Assembly (NCBI GenBank): GCA_002633005.1
Contig: NMRA01000501.1
Coordinates: forward strand, 257,517 to 321,516
Source: Phoronis australis
Lineage: Eukaryota > Animalia > Phoronida
DNA length: 64,000 nt
Reading direction: 5' to 3'
The notes beneath the pieces were generated by a model that saw only the letters and a list, made by a program, of their open reading frames with translations, was not told the origin of the DNA and searched no databases. A program made the translations under genes and the position numbers. Each line of letters starts with the position of its first letter. Position 1 is the first letter of the stretch. Below, piece after piece: positions 11,139 through 25,118 of the stretch.

Positions 11139-13502
11139 TATGCTATCACCAGGTGGCGTTATCAAACACTGTTGTCAGCTTCTTCCTGGAAATACAAATT
11201 AACTGTAAATTCGGCTATCCCTTATGTCGCATAAATAGAAAGTTAATTCATCGCATAGCATTTTCTTACCAAATATTTATATGATTAGTTACAAACGCAG
11301 CAGAAATGAAATAAGCAGAAACTCACGATCCTTGCCAGATTGTCAACTACTGTGCAGCATAGACCTGACGTATCAGGCGTACACGTACGCCTCGCAGCTA
11401 CAGGGTCCCATCAGATAAACCTTAATTAATGCGACACCCTGGCAAGAAAACAAAGCTTAAGCAACATTATCTGTGCCTTAGAGAAGGTGAGGTGACACAG
11501 ACCGAGATTAAAAGGCCTTGACTTCAAAGCACGGATGATGTTACAAAGTTGCTCTGTTGCTCTTGAAATACATAGCGCCAGGCTTTTTAGTTCACGAAAA
11601 TCATGACTTTGGAATAATCTAACTACTCTCGCATCAGATGTTGGCGCACATCACCCAGGATAGGACTTTGGCACATCAAATGGGTCTCGTTTTCAATCTG
11701 ACCAGTTTAGTTCAGATGGTTATAGTATCGCGTTTTGAAGCAGCCCAAAACAAAATCGACGAACACGTGGGTTCCGTGATTTCTGTAAAAGAGCAGCCAT
11801 GACAAGCATCTTTTCAAAGTACATGGATGGTTACACAGGAATCGCTCCCGAAGGCCAAAGTGACACGAGATCTTGTAACCCTATTTTGGATACGTTTCTT
11901 GGCCTTTTAGTGTAAGTGGTTGGGGACCCGCAATGTATAAAATCTAACTTCAGATTTAGACCACAAACAAATTCTTTCATTCTATGTCAGAACTAGGCAA
12001 AACTCCGTCGACGCGGGAATCTCGCAAGTGAAGCTAGTCTGATCGCGTGCTTCGCTTGTGCCATGGCGATATCATTCGGAGACTTGCGTTAGCTAGCGTT
12101 TTCTCGAGGTTCTCGTGTCTACCGAACCCAGCGTGTCATTTTATCCATTGAGATTAGCCACAAACTAACCAACTTAATAATGTCCCACAGTCTAGAAATC
12201 ATTCCTGAACAACATCTTTGCGAAGCCAGATATCACTTCTTATCTGATTTAAGGAACAACGTGACACCAGTTTTATAGCGGTGAATGGTCTGAATCAACG
12301 GTGTGTTTCTTGTTCACAACGCAAGTTTAAATGTATTTTACCTCTTTCAGGTTTTTGTGGTTATCGTTATGAGAATATTGCAAAAAGTCTGAAAAGCGGG
12401 AAACTGAATGATAGGCTAAAGCTACCACTCCATCATACTGACGACATAAAAGTGCTTGAATACCTGCAGCGCCTGCACAACTGTACACCAACAGAGTCTT
12501 CCTGGTGTGTACTCTAGACTGTGACTTGACTCGGCTTAGGTGTTGCTTGGAATACGTCAGTCTAAAACTATCGCCTCTCAAAAGCAGCCAGTGATGTTAC
12601 TAATATTTTCCTAGCTGCCAAGAACCACATATATATTATGGATGAGTTTTCCTTAAATCACAAAATATTCATGCGACTGTCGTCGAGCCGTGAAGTGATG
12701 TATTCTTTGCATGCTATTAATCATTTATGTTCACATCTGGCAAAGTAGAAATGGCGCGAAGCGAGGTGGTGATGCAGATCTCTCCATATTCACTAGAGAC
12801 TTAGGTTATTGTCGCCTGACTGAGCGCGGTGCTAAAAGCTGGACCCAGAGCTAAAGTAGCCAGCAACGAAATACACTAGGCGTCAGATGTGGCTAAGTGC
12901 AGCTAGATATCCCTAACTACATGTACAGTACACATATGTTCCGATTGATCTTTACGTACTCTGCGCGATTTTATTACGGCGTGAAAATTTCACAAAACCC
13001 AACGACACTGAGTAAAGGAAAGAAATTCTATAATAATGAACATCTTCCATCCGGGCACTTTCGTCTGAAATCGGCCTGATCTGTTTAAATCTATTTCAAC
13101 AGGCCAATTAAACCGGGTTAAAACATTGCGTAGTGTCGATCCTATAATGAGCGCCGGCCAATGAGCAACACTGCAATACATTAATTACATGTATCTTTGC
13201 TATCACAAAAACTAAACTAACTTTTGATTCAGACCACTTATCGTTATAAAATTGGTCGAGAGTTTTACTTATTTAGAGACTTTTCCAAAGCTTGGAAAGA
13301 ATTGAAAGGTCGTTATTACTTGGGACTAGGCTATACATGTCGCCTTGTCAGGGCTAGCTAGTATGATTATCAGGAATAACCAACTATCAGTTCTTTACAA
13401 ACCAAGAATGACTTCATCTCATTTGAGATGAGGCTATAGCAGTAAACGGTTTGTATCAAAACTCGCTTCTTGGACGGAACTTGAGTTCACATAATATCCT
13501 CT

Positions 13503-13612
13503 TTAAGGGACAGTATCTGCGAGAAAGGAGCTTTTGGGGAGATGAGCGCGTAGTCGAACTTGCAACCTCCGCGGTCACTGGCTAACCAACTGCTGATGCA
13601 GCTACGCCACGG
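13503..13612 (-). mobile_element. Partial relative of the TTAA MITE at 7358-7711, with tRNA-like segment
   Basis: TTAAGGGACAGTATC...GCGCGTAGTCGAACTTGCAAC aligns by eye with the reverse complement of 7640-7715. Confidence 0.45.
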
Positions 13613-14139
13613 TCGATAAATGGCAGAGTATTTGTAGAACTGCTGAAGTGGCAAAATCACCGGTCTTCATTTTCTTTTCTGCGAATGCAACAGCCAAAAT
13701 TGATGTAAAATGACAAAAATACAACAGATTTTATTGTTTCATGTAGCTACCGTCAAAACTACGAACTTTCAGAAGGTTATTCCGTCCAACAATAATACCA
13801 GAATGATTTTTGCCCTTTCAATGTTTCTTTTGTCTAGTCACTATATATTTGTTATCATTGATAAACGAGAACAAAAGCTAAAACAAAAAAACATCCGTTC
13901 ATACACGCGTGCACACCTCAGGAAAGACCATTCTCGTATAAAGTCATACAACTGGAGTTAACGTGAACAATAAAATTTTCCCATTTCCCAGAAAACCAGT
14001 CGTACACAAAAGTTTTATACGCAATAAAATTTGAGCATTCTAGTAATCTTGATTAGATGTGATATCTCTACTTTCAAATGTGCCGTTTGGCTAGTAATGG
14101 CAAAATGTGAAATTGAAAATCCTTTGTCTCATAAAGTCC

Positions 14140-15760
14140 ATGTCACACGTTTGTAAGAACAACAGTTGGGAGCTGAATGGGAGACTTTTGAAGTAGTTTT
14201 CTGATCAGCAAAGGTTTGACAGCGTCTATGGAGCTTTATTACAAAAGGAACACAAATTAGAATCCCGAACTTGGATTTTGACTTCAGAGTATTTGTCATA
14301 ATCCTCCTGTGTAATATTCTAAATTAGAACCATCTAATGTGGGGATCCTTGGTAATTTCATAAGGTAATGCGACCTTCCAATCTAAATCTCCTAACTCTA
14401 TTTCCCATTAACATTCTGTTATAAAAGGCTTCATAACGTCGTTAGTGATAGAACAAACTGAGTAATTGCTACAGCCATGCAAGGAGAATAGATACTAAAA
14501 CTTTTAGATTTAATTTGAAATAACCTTTTTGAAACCTTCTTAGAATAGAAACAGCACCGGTACATTCTAAAATTTTCACATCGAACCGTTTAATGAATCG
14601 CCATCGGAGCTACACATATCTCCAATAAATCTTAAGCCTTTTACAAACCAAGACTTATAAAAACAAATTTGCCTCCGTTCCCCAAGTTACTATTAAACCA
14701 TAAAGGTTGATTCAAAAGTTTTCTTTATTCATAACGATTAATGTCTCATAAAAAGTTGCTACACTTTCAAAGTCGTAGCGCCAATAGGAATTATCAATAA
14801 GAGTAAATTTCGATTTAATAAAGTCTTTTCCAAATGAAGGGAAATTCTTTAAAAACGGTTAGAGTGAGTATAGTAACTGACCATTTTTAGACGACAGGCA
14901 TTCAAGATGTCTACGGGCCATGACCAGTTTTAAAACTTTACTGAACGAGTGTGTTTCAACCATTTGAAGTTACCCTTGATCAAGTCCTAAACAAGCAGTA
15001 GTTCGTTTAATTTATCATTACGCGTCTGCCATACAACTCTTAAAAATATCGTTTTCAATTCTTCCAAGACGTTAAATGGTAGATTTGGTGAACTTGACAT
15101 CAAAAATTATGTTTCGAAAGGTTTTTATAACAGTTACTCTAACAAACGGCGTTAAATTTCGTCGACTCCACTTCTTATGCGTCATACAATCCAATTCAGT
15201 ATCAAAATCCATCCCAAAAGTATAAAATATTTTTAATCCAAGGCATACTTTCTTTTGTAGGAATCCTGTCATTACTACCAGCTTTACCTCCAAATTATGT
15301 TGCTTTTGTTTTATTAACATTCACTTTGAGACCGGAGACACCAGCAAACAATTTTACAGTACATTCAGTGACAAATTCGACCCATCCAAAGTAATTGATG
15401 TATTGTCCGTACTTTGCAAATTTATATTTTCCTTATTTCCTGCAATATTTTTATAATTCTTGATTAAATACGCCAAAAATGTATATGTCACACTGAGTAA
15501 GGGTATGGGTCTCCAATTTTTCAAATAACATTTACTTTCATAAGTTCCCTTTGGGATACAAGTATTCACGCCCTCTTTCTGTGTTTATGATAACTGACCA
15601 ACAGAAAACCAGTATTAAGTGGACGAAAAACGAAATGCTCAATGTCAGCAAAACAAAAATTAGAAATTCCATTCAAAAGCCATAGGAACTTGGGCTTTTG
15701 TTGTTTTTCATTTTTTTGAATTCTCCGTGAAAAAAATTCTTATTGTCGTTTGTTTCCGAA
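14140..15760 (-). mobile_element. Degenerate L1/Tx1-like non-LTR retrotransposon ORF2 (reverse transcriptase) relic
   Basis: Broken frames give KNNKSPSSYGF (KSPGxDG), TCIPKG, KNWRPIPLLSVTY (NWRPISLLN), QSTDNTSITLDGS (QYADDT), NLTPFVRVTVIKT; many stops, frameshifts and deletions. Confidence 0.8.
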
Positions 15761-15841
15761 GAAATGCGATTATTAATATTAGGCAAAATACGATGTCATT
15801 GTCTCTGTTCAGGGTAGTAAGGTAAGAGCGTTTACTGTAAT

Positions 15842-16746
15842 GCCGGACTCACAATTGGGTGTGACCTGCTAGCGCCAAGAAGAGTTTCCAAGAACGCTTT
15901 AACAATAAAAACGGGTTACCTGGTCCTGGAAACTCCTTTCGTCAGGAGTTAAAACTGTACGGGGTAGATTTTTGACTTTACCAAAAAACTACTCATGTTA
16001 AAACAACAACGGAAATCACATAGGGATACATCTGTAAATTCGAGCTGGCACATTTGATAGATTTTTGTTCAAATAATCCGAGAAAAGGGGCGTTAAGTAC
16101 ATGAACCGTTTACCACCGTGTGACAAATACCATGCAAACTCATGAAATATGAAGTCGCTTTCGTAAAATGTAAAAATGGCACATTTCTCGAATGTGCATT
16201 CGACGTAAATTGTTACAATTACATAAAATGTAACAACTTGTTACATTTTAGGAGAGGCCTTGCAACGTAAAATGTAACAATAGCGTAAAGTGTNGCCGGA
16301 CTCACAATTGGGTGTGACCTGTGAGCGCCAAGAAGAGATTCCAAGAACGCTTTAGCAATAAAAACGGGTTACCTGGTCCTGGAAACTCCTTTCGTCAGGA
16401 GTTAAAACAGTACGGGGTAGATTTTTGACTTTACCAAAAAACTACTCATGTTAAAACAACAACGGAAATCACATAGGGATACATCTGTAAATTCGAGCTG
16501 GCACATTTGATAGATTTTTGTTCAAATAATCCGAGAAAAGGGGCGTTAAGTACATGAACCGTTTACCACCGTGTGACAAATACCATGCAAACTCATGAAA
16601 TATGAAGTCGCTTTAGTAAAATGTAAAAATGGCACATTTCTCGAATGTGCATTCGACGTAAATTGTTACAATTACATAAAATGTAACAACTTGTTACATT
16701 TTAGGAGAGGCCTTGCAACGTAAAATGTAACAATAGCGTAAAGTGT
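15842..16746. repeat. 452-bp tandem duplication separated by an N (15842-16293 / 16295-16746)
   Basis: Near-identical copies directly abutting the N at 16294; contains TAAAATGTAACA/TGTTACATTTTA subrepeats. Confidence 0.9.
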
Positions 16747-19700
16747 AACAGTTGTTACATTTTACGAAATTGTTACATTTTACGACGTATCACTGGTTTT
16801 CTATGTCTCACGGTGATAATTAATCTTGCAATAACCGTTGACAAAATCATTTTTAGTGGAACCGCTGAATAAGAATATGGTTGCCTATTCTTTTCAGAAG
16901 AGTCTCATGCAGTGTACACTGTCGATCACCTGGGAAGGGTTTCTCAAACGTCCCAATCCTTCCTACGCCCAGATACATATACATGTATAATACTCCCTGG
17001 TATTTTATGGGCATAACTTCAATTATTGTACCTTATACTTTCGTTATAAATACTCTTTTCACTTAGTGACTCAATACTCACGGCGGTTACATGTACGCCT
17101 AGACTTGGAGCTAGAGGTTGTCCACTGAGTTTTCTTCTTTCCACGTTGGACTGAAATCTTCAGTTTCTCTACATGTATATTCGTTTACATTTAACGTGAC
17201 TGCCAAGGCGCGTTCCGTCCGAAGCAACTATAACGATTTTCGTCACAGATGAGTTAATCCGCAATACGCCGAATCCTTGAGTCGCTCGTTTTAAGTATTC
17301 TTTAGAAATTTACATGTAGTCAATCAGCCCTGAGTATGCTACATTAACCGTCATTCTTGGTAACAACGATGATTCGTCGTATTAGATCTACGGTACACTA
17401 ATGAACGTTCCTCAACTCACGCGAATTTTTGTGTTAGAGATTCATTGTGACGTTTGAGAGTTCAAGCGTTTTGCTGCGTGCACTGTACACACAGACGTTT
17501 CGTACTAGGCCTGTGGTGATTGGTCGTCGATAATTAAGACAAAGCAAGTCGGCAGTCTATAAAACTGAAGTGTCATGAAAACTCATCAATTATCAACCAG
17601 GCAAAGTCTAGTGACTATAAAAATGATGAAAATGTCCCCGAGAGAGCTTCCAGAACCGTGACATATTAAGACGAGTGATAGCATCAAGCGCTTAGTAAGA
17701 TTAGCTGAATGCAAATCTACACATGATGATGTAAATGAAGTTAATGCATCTAATTGTGACTGTTTGCCTTAGCGTTGTAACTGTGAGATTCCGCGCTCTG
17801 CTGACTACGTGTATAGTTCCAGGCTCTTGCCGACAGAGCGCGGTGCTTCAGTCTCTGATGCTGACCGACATGGCGTGATTGTTCGCGAATAGAAGAGAAG
17901 CAAACGGATACTCTTGTTGCTAGCATTGACCGTTTCTTATCACCAATATTGTAAAGCTCGCGAAAAAATAGAAAATTAAACTCATGTGAGGACGAACTAG
18001 CAAAATTGAAATACCTGTCGCCGAGCAACTCCCCCGGGATAATAAAATATGACTGGCATAACCAAATTCTTTCTCCATCAAACAATGCAGAAATGGAGAA
18101 ATTAACGGAAAAACAGTCCTCTCATAGCAAAGTTTAATCGAGGGACATTAAAATGTGCTTATATCAAATACCCATAACCTATTGGCACTATAAACGCTGA
18201 TTTTTTTCGTAACAAATTTTTTCTTTTCGAGTAAATTTAAAGCTTACTTTGAAATCCCAAAAATACGTTAATTGGATTTTTAAAAAAAGCCAAAATATTA
18301 GGATATGCCTTCATATATCTGGAATTTCGTGTATGAATGCCATTTTAGACATTATGAATTTTGGGAACACTGAGGCTCGGAAGAGGCAGTGTTCTACCTG
18401 CCAAAGTTGCATTTTGCGTCATTTTACATAACCACGCATCTTGACTTTACAGGTTCGTCATGTTGGGTGCAATGTTTAAAAACATGTAGCGGAAACATTC
18501 GCAGACAGACCGTCCTGACATAGGCCCGTGGGCCTGTTTTCGGATTTTTTCAGAGTTCGACCCATGATTCTACGACAGTTGAGACTTCAGTATTTTGTAC
18601 GTTTTTTTTTCCAAAATGAACAGTGTCAGACTGTCACCAAAAAGGGGCAGTTTATTTTAGAACGTTTTTCGTATGTCCACAAAATAAATTGATTTAAAGT
18701 TACATTTCGCCCAGTTAAGCTGGCTAAACACGAAAATTAGTTCTTTTACTCGTATAAAAACGGTATCGTAATATTCCTTACCGTAACAGGATTCTGTTTC
18801 CATTAACAACAAGAACATTTAGGAAACTCGAGAAAATGCTTGGATTGGCCAACACTAATACTGCGGGTTTGAAATCGGCGCTTGTAGGCATTGCTTGGGC
18901 CTTGAGTTGCTGCTCGGCGTTAACGCGAGAACTTTAGTGACCTCTTAATAGGGGCGTAATGCAGTTACTTTTACCATCAACTATCACTCCATTTCGTTGT
19001 CACTGACACAGTGTTTCCGAGTGTACATCCGGCTTATATTTAGGATAGTACCAGAAAGTTAAAACTATACAATGTCCCAGATATACACATACTATCAGAA
19101 ACCCTTGATAAGAAATAAAACTAAAGAAATGATGGTCAACTGATTCTTTTCTTGGTTATCGGTGTATTTTTTATCTGTTAAGTTTTATATACCAAGAGGG
19201 GTGCGTTCCGTAGACTCACGACACTAGCTAACCACTTGCATAGGGACCGGAAATCGTGAATTCCATCCTCACCGATCAATCATTTCAGTGGCGTCCATTT
19301 TGCTAGAGTACACTGTACGTTAGTTAGCTTTCCAGCACATTTTGCGTGATCTTTCTTGATTAATGTTTCGCAAGTTGCTCGCGTCTATGGTGCGCTTCCC
19401 AGATTAGCGTCATTTTTCAGCCACCGCACTTCTGTAACGTAAACCAATACGCGCCTACGTGGCGTGTATCATATGCAAGTTGCCTATGCAACGAAACATT
19501 TGAGCAAAACCGAGAACGTCTTTGAAATACCGTGAGAGTGACACTTGCTATGTTTGTTATGAAATGATTGACGTTAAAGATTTTTCGGTGAAAAGGTTGG
19601 CCAAAAGACAAACAGCAACTTCCGGGCAACTCCATATACATGTACAGTATACGGTTGCATGCGTGGATGCTGACTGAGGCGTATTAGCCTGTTGGAAATC

Positions 19701-20683
19701 TTTGAGGAAATCATATTTCGAAAAAGTTAATATTTCGGACTCTTTAATTGTAGGGTTATCTTCCAATTATGTGACGGACCTAGCTTCAAAAAACAAAATA
19801 CTCGTTGCAACTTTTAGTGAATCAAGTCTGACAACTGTTCAACTTCAAGGAATGCACGAAGTGGCTACACTTTCCTACATATCTATTACGCGTCAATTCA
19901 GAATGTGCAGCTGCTAGCAAAAAACATCAGCAGCTGTCCTCGGTATCCAGTCTAAAGGTCGTTGAAAAAGAATTTTTGGGGGGGTTTGACCCTACACCCT
20001 CTGATGGTGTTACTTGTGTCGCCTCAGTCCACTGGTTGCAGCTATTCCAATACTTGCCGCTCGTCTCTTGACCACCAAACGAATACATGACAATGTTTAA
20101 GAGCATTGATTTGTTGATATGCTTAGATGTAAGACAAGTTTCTTATTGAATATCAATGCATAATTAGATAAGATTAGAGAATTTCCATTAATTGCCTTTC
20201 ATCAATTATTTATCCCCAAAATCCATGTTTGCGTCACGCAACGACGTTGAAATCCCCGAGCGGACAAATCTTAATAGCTCCCCTTCGCTTCACCAACTTA
20301 TAGCCTACGTACGTGTAACTGCATGTAGCTTACACCGAGCAGGAAACGAAAGGAATTCTGGTCGTAAAATTAATTCGTGTATTGCAATATTGAACAATTC
20401 TGAATTCTTGGTAAGTTGAACATGGCCTTGGGGATTTCGTCATACCGTCTCGATTGAGTGCCTGGGTAAGAGAGACTATGGACAAGCGAGGGTAAGAAAA
20501 ATGGGCTTTTTCTCACTTTACAACAATGATCCGTTATCCCAGATACTTGTGCAGTACATTAGACGTTGGGGTGATTTTGTAGAAGCCTTTAATTAAGTTT
20601 AACTCTGATTATATTTCACTAGCGCGTCAGTGCTGGCGTAAGGGCGTGAACAACCCCAACTTGGACAGTAATTGACCACTTAC

Positions 20684-20921
20684 CAGGGGCGGAACCAGGA
20701 TTTTGAGTTGGGGGCAGGGCACAGGAATAACCAAAATTTCGCTACATGCGCGGGCCCAGCCTAAAAACGATAAAGGGGGTTTGTACAAGGCCTTGCATTG
20801 TGCAATCGCTCCCCAAGTCCCCATGGGTGCGCGCATATAACTGCCAAATGGTATTTGTGGTATCTGGGAGAACTTTAAGGGGGGTCATGGCCCCTTGCCC
20901 CTCCCCCCAAATCCGCTACTG
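20684..20921. mobile_element. CAG...CTG-ended short MITE family (related pieces at 23253-23394, 31609-31767, 36437-36591)
   Basis: CAGGGGCGGAACCAGGATTTT ... AAATCCGCTACTG inverted termini with G-rich and C-rich subterminal tracts, repeated at several loci; no clean TSD seen. Confidence 0.65.
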
Positions 20922-21769
20922 CTTACGCCCTAAACTCGAAACGCGTTTTTGGTCGTATCTATAGAGGAAGGGAGTGGAAACCAGGCCCCCTAGCAGGCCA
21001 ACAAAGGATGACGATCTACCAGCATACTATTCGCGGAAAACGTTACAATAAAAATGGGGCCAATCTCCCTTCAAAAATCTCCTAATACATGTATAAGACA
21101 AATGAGTGAAGTTCTAACCATGTCAAATCTGTCTCTAAACGTATCTAATGAGCTGCAGTCTATATGGCACTTACGTTACCGAGGTCTGATCACTTTCTGG
21201 CAGTCTACTGGAATCTTTATTCTTGTTACTATTCGGAATAATCGACGTCTCCCCGATAAAGATCATACTCGTTGAAACACTTGGTTTTCGATTCCCCATC
21301 AAATGGCAATTGTTACCTTCCAAATATTCTATACTTCAAAAACAATATAATAATCTTCTTACAGCATGTACTCAGTCACACAGCTAGATATTATTTACTC
21401 TTACCGTCGTGCACTATTATAACAATTTACATCGTCTCCTGCCTTGCCCTCTCGCTTTCACCATAGAGTAATTAAACCGGCGTCGTCAGATTGTAATGAA
21501 CTCGACTTCGACACGCAACCGGGTTTGAATTATTAATGAGCAGTGCAGGTAGGCCTTCGTCACGTGACATGGGTTTCACCAAGGCCCTAAAATGCCGAGA
21601 TAATTAGTTGTTACGATGTAGGGAAACCGAACTAACCGGCAACTGACTGGAGGCTTTGCGATGAAACCTATATGTACTTCACATTAGCCAAGATTAATAA
21701 ATTAATAGGCGTAAATTAGATGCTGGAATGCCGGGGAGTTACCGACGGATAAGAAGGGTAAAATAGTAA

Positions 21770-21966
21770 AGTTAAAACGACCAGCGTCGGTACTAAAATA
21801 TATTGAAATATTCCCCACATTTTGACTATCGGTACACTGTTTATCAAGGGCATGACACAGGCTGCAGAATACTTTTGTCTAGCGTTCGGCAGTCAGTGTC
21901 ATGCCCTTGCTCGAAACATGGCGGGAATATTTTAATATATGTTTCTACCGGCACTCGTCGTTTTAC
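21770..21966. mobile_element. Foldback/MITE-like imperfect palindrome
   Basis: GTTAAAACGACCAG..AATATTCCCC..CAAGGGCATGACAC pairs with GTGTCATGCCCTTG..GGGAATATT..CTCGTCGTTTTAC. Confidence 0.7.
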
Positions 21967-23929
21967 TTACACTTAATTTAATCTTAGCGTTACATACCAG
22001 TACATGTAAATTTTACTAATCTTATTGGGCTTCAAATGTCCAAAAGCAGCCACTAGGCCATGCCAGACTGGTTACAATAACAAATAATGACATTAGCATG
22101 AAGTGACTGGACCAGTGATGCAAATGCGATCACGTCATGCCATTGATATACAAATTTATTCGTGATATATCGATTATATATTTTAAATAACAATACCAGG
22201 GGCTGGAAACTCGGCACCATTACCACACATTACAAAAACACGCATATGTACCTATAGTATTGCCAGAGCTTTATGCAAAATGAGGTACATGTAAGGGCGC
22301 GAGCGCGTGTGACTGAGGTAAGAGTAAGTGTCCGACCTCGGGGGTGAATTAGGACTCTATTGTTCCAGAATACTACCGTCAACTGAGCGCGTTTTTGCAA
22401 TATTGCCAAACGGGAAGAACTCAAAACTTCTACTCCCTGTGAGTTCGCAATGGAGGCTCTAAACAGCGTTCGAAATACACGCTGACCCGTGGCCAGTGGA
22501 TATACGACAAGGCCAGTAACATTCAAAAGTTACTAGCCCATGTGAATGTCGTCTAATATTAAATTCAATCTAAAAAGGTGTATTGACTAATTTTGTTTGC
22601 CTCTTGAACGCCAACGAGTTCACCTTTGAACCTTGTGGGCAACTAGAGTTAATAACAAAAAACAGGGTTCTCAAGCACATTCGCATTTACTATAAAACAA
22701 TGGAAAAGATCAAGGAAAACGTAATTAGGGTGTTAAAAGCAGGGCCAGCAACTTGAGAGCCGGGCCAGTAACTTTTCAGACTAATTGACCCTGCGGGCCA
22801 ACACATTTATTTGCTGAAGTTCCAACACTGGGCTCTGACGGTTGTAGCGATATTCGAACCAAGACTTTCAACAGCAGACGTTTCCGAACCATTTGAGTGG
22901 CACATCACAAAGTGCGCTGTAAATTAACAAACGCAAACGAAATTGTTGATCAGTGAACCTCAATCACGCGGTTAATAAAAACGCATCGATCAGTAATTAA
23001 CATCAAATTTGTGTCAATCTGCAAGCAAAGCTAGTTGTATCGCACTATTTCTGTATTTAGTCACTAAACACAATGTCACTTTATAGTTTATGCGAGAGAA
23101 ACCTGTGCTGACATGCGCAAACTAAGCATAACTAAACCCGCCTGGATAGTAGCACGGTAGAGATGTCTTTTGCCAAAAATCCCGTTGTCTCCGAGTTGAT
23201 TGATAAAACGAAATGATCTGCTCGAGACTTTTGTCAGGCTTTCATCATGATGCAGAAGCGGATCCAGGATTTTTAATTAGGAGGGCCAAGGCATAGTATT
23301 TGCCAGAATTTTGCCCGTCACATTCGCACCTCCGAACAGCCAAATGGAATCTAGAATTTTATAGGGGTCATGGCCCCCTCTAAATCCGCCACTGTGATGT
23401 ATATGTACATTTTACTATCCGGATGTCCCTGTCAGTTGGATACAGAGAGACTCCTTAAAATATTCTCGTCGCTTCGCGCCCCCAACCACAAACCATCCGA
23501 GATGTATAGTTAGTACGGGGTGCGCTGACTTTTGATGCAAAAATTATTTCATTTTGACGACTGTAAAATCTTACGTCAGTTGATGGAAAATTAAATGCTT
23601 TGAGAAGCTTACATATTTATTTACATTCACTGAAGGGGAATCAAATAACAGAAAGAATTTGATTCTAACACCTACCGAATTCTTGTAGAATCCTAGCATC
23701 CCTATGTTTAGACTAATGACTTATAGCGAACTTTAATAAAACAGCAATTATTTTACCGAATTTAATCAAGCACGAATGTTTTTCATAGTACATCATATCC
23801 ATTATAAATCGCAACGAAGAAAATAATAGAAAGATCTAAAAGAATCTAGCTTTATTAGAAGGCAGCTCGTGAGAGCATACAAAACACTTAGTTGTTTAAA
23901 CAAGTGACGGAAACTAAATGCACACAAGA

Positions 23930-24410
23930 CAGAGCGGAATGTTACAAGTAATATCACAAAAGTAGAATACCAAATGATAATATCACAGGAATAGAAAGCA
24001 AGTGAAAATATCACAAGAATAGAATAGGAAGGGATGATATCACCCGAATAGGATATCAAGTGATAATATAACAAGAGTAGAATACGACGTGATATCACCG
24101 GAATAGAATCTCAAGTGATAATATCACAAGAATAGAATATGAAGTGATAATAACATACCAATAGAATATCAAGTGGTGATATCACAGAAACACAATAAGA
24201 AGTAATAATGTTACACCAATACAATTCCAAATGATATCACACAAACAGAAAATCAAGCAATATATCACGGGAATAAAATACCAAGTCACTACATTACAAG
24301 ACAAGTAGACCTAGTCCTAGCAACAATATCACATCAACAAAATATCCAAGTGATATTTCAAAGGATATTATAATAAGTGATAATATCACATGACTTGGAA
24401 ACTAAGTGAT
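23930..24410. repeat. ~29-bp minisatellite (consensus ~AAGTGATAATATCACAGGAATAGAATATC), roughly 16 degenerate copies
   Basis: ATATCAC recurs at 23951, 23980, 24008, 24037 and onward. Confidence 0.85.
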
Positions 24411-24838
24411 AATGCCAGGGGTAAAAATCCGGCACTAACACTTACAACCCTGTATCAAATAAAACAAACAGCAAAATCTAAACAAACTAGAAGAGATAAT
24501 TTATTCGGAAAACTTCATATGGAAACTGTATTGAACTTTATCTTGCAAAGCCAAAATAAAAATATATTGAATCTTTCAAAAAATAACGGGAACTTCAAAT
24601 CTGTGTGCAACCAACTTATGGTTGCACAATTTTCGCTAAAGTAACATGGTAACCCGTTTATGCATTTTACTTTAAAAAAAAATAAATTGGAAATAACAGT
24701 ACTCCAAATACACAGCAAACTATCAGTTAATGAACACATACTAATCTAACTTTTTCTTTGGTATCGTATACCTAAAGCAAGCCACCGAAACAAATATAGC
24801 AACAGAGTTTTTAGTTACTGTATTAAGTTAACAACAAG

Positions 24839-25118
24839 GAGTCTCTTTCAAGACTTAAAAAGACTTAAGTCAGAAATTTGGTCTTAGGCTCAACATATCT
24901 ATTCCTGAAATATAATCAAATCTCACTTCAGCAAAATTACAAAACCTCTGGAGTATACCCACAATTTCTGTTCACAGAGATGATTTGTATATTTTCATTT
25001 CAGACTCAGACATGCTAATTGCTAAATGTATAAACCTTTATTCAATAACTGTGAAGTGGAAATGTCAGATTAAATTTCTGACTTAAGTCCCAAGTCACTT
25101 GTTATGAAACAGGTCCCT
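24839..25118. mobile_element. PIF/Harbinger-like MITE (degenerate)
   Basis: Inverted GACTTAAGTCAGAAATTT / AAATTTCTGACTTAAGTC arms ending in ..GAAACAGGTCCC; similar style to the element at 58786. Confidence 0.55.

Noticed and set aside
11330-12300. YAP/TEAD-responsive promoter for the CCN gene
   Set aside because: Only an isolated CATTCC (~12200) and a half-CRE were seen, which is expected by chance
15842-16746. 452-bp tandem duplication as a biological repeat or LTR pair
   Set aside because: The copies are near-identical and separated by exactly one N, typical of an unmerged contig overlap
17750-20500. Possible additional gene (ORF 17750-18085, open stretch ~19830-20070, donor-like sites 20410-20495)
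   Set aside because: No phase-consistent exon chain or recognisable motif could be built
23930-24410. CRISPR-like array, or the hydrophobic ORF 23802-24098
   Set aside because: Contiguous degenerate 29-bp units with no unique spacers and no cas genes, in eukaryotic context
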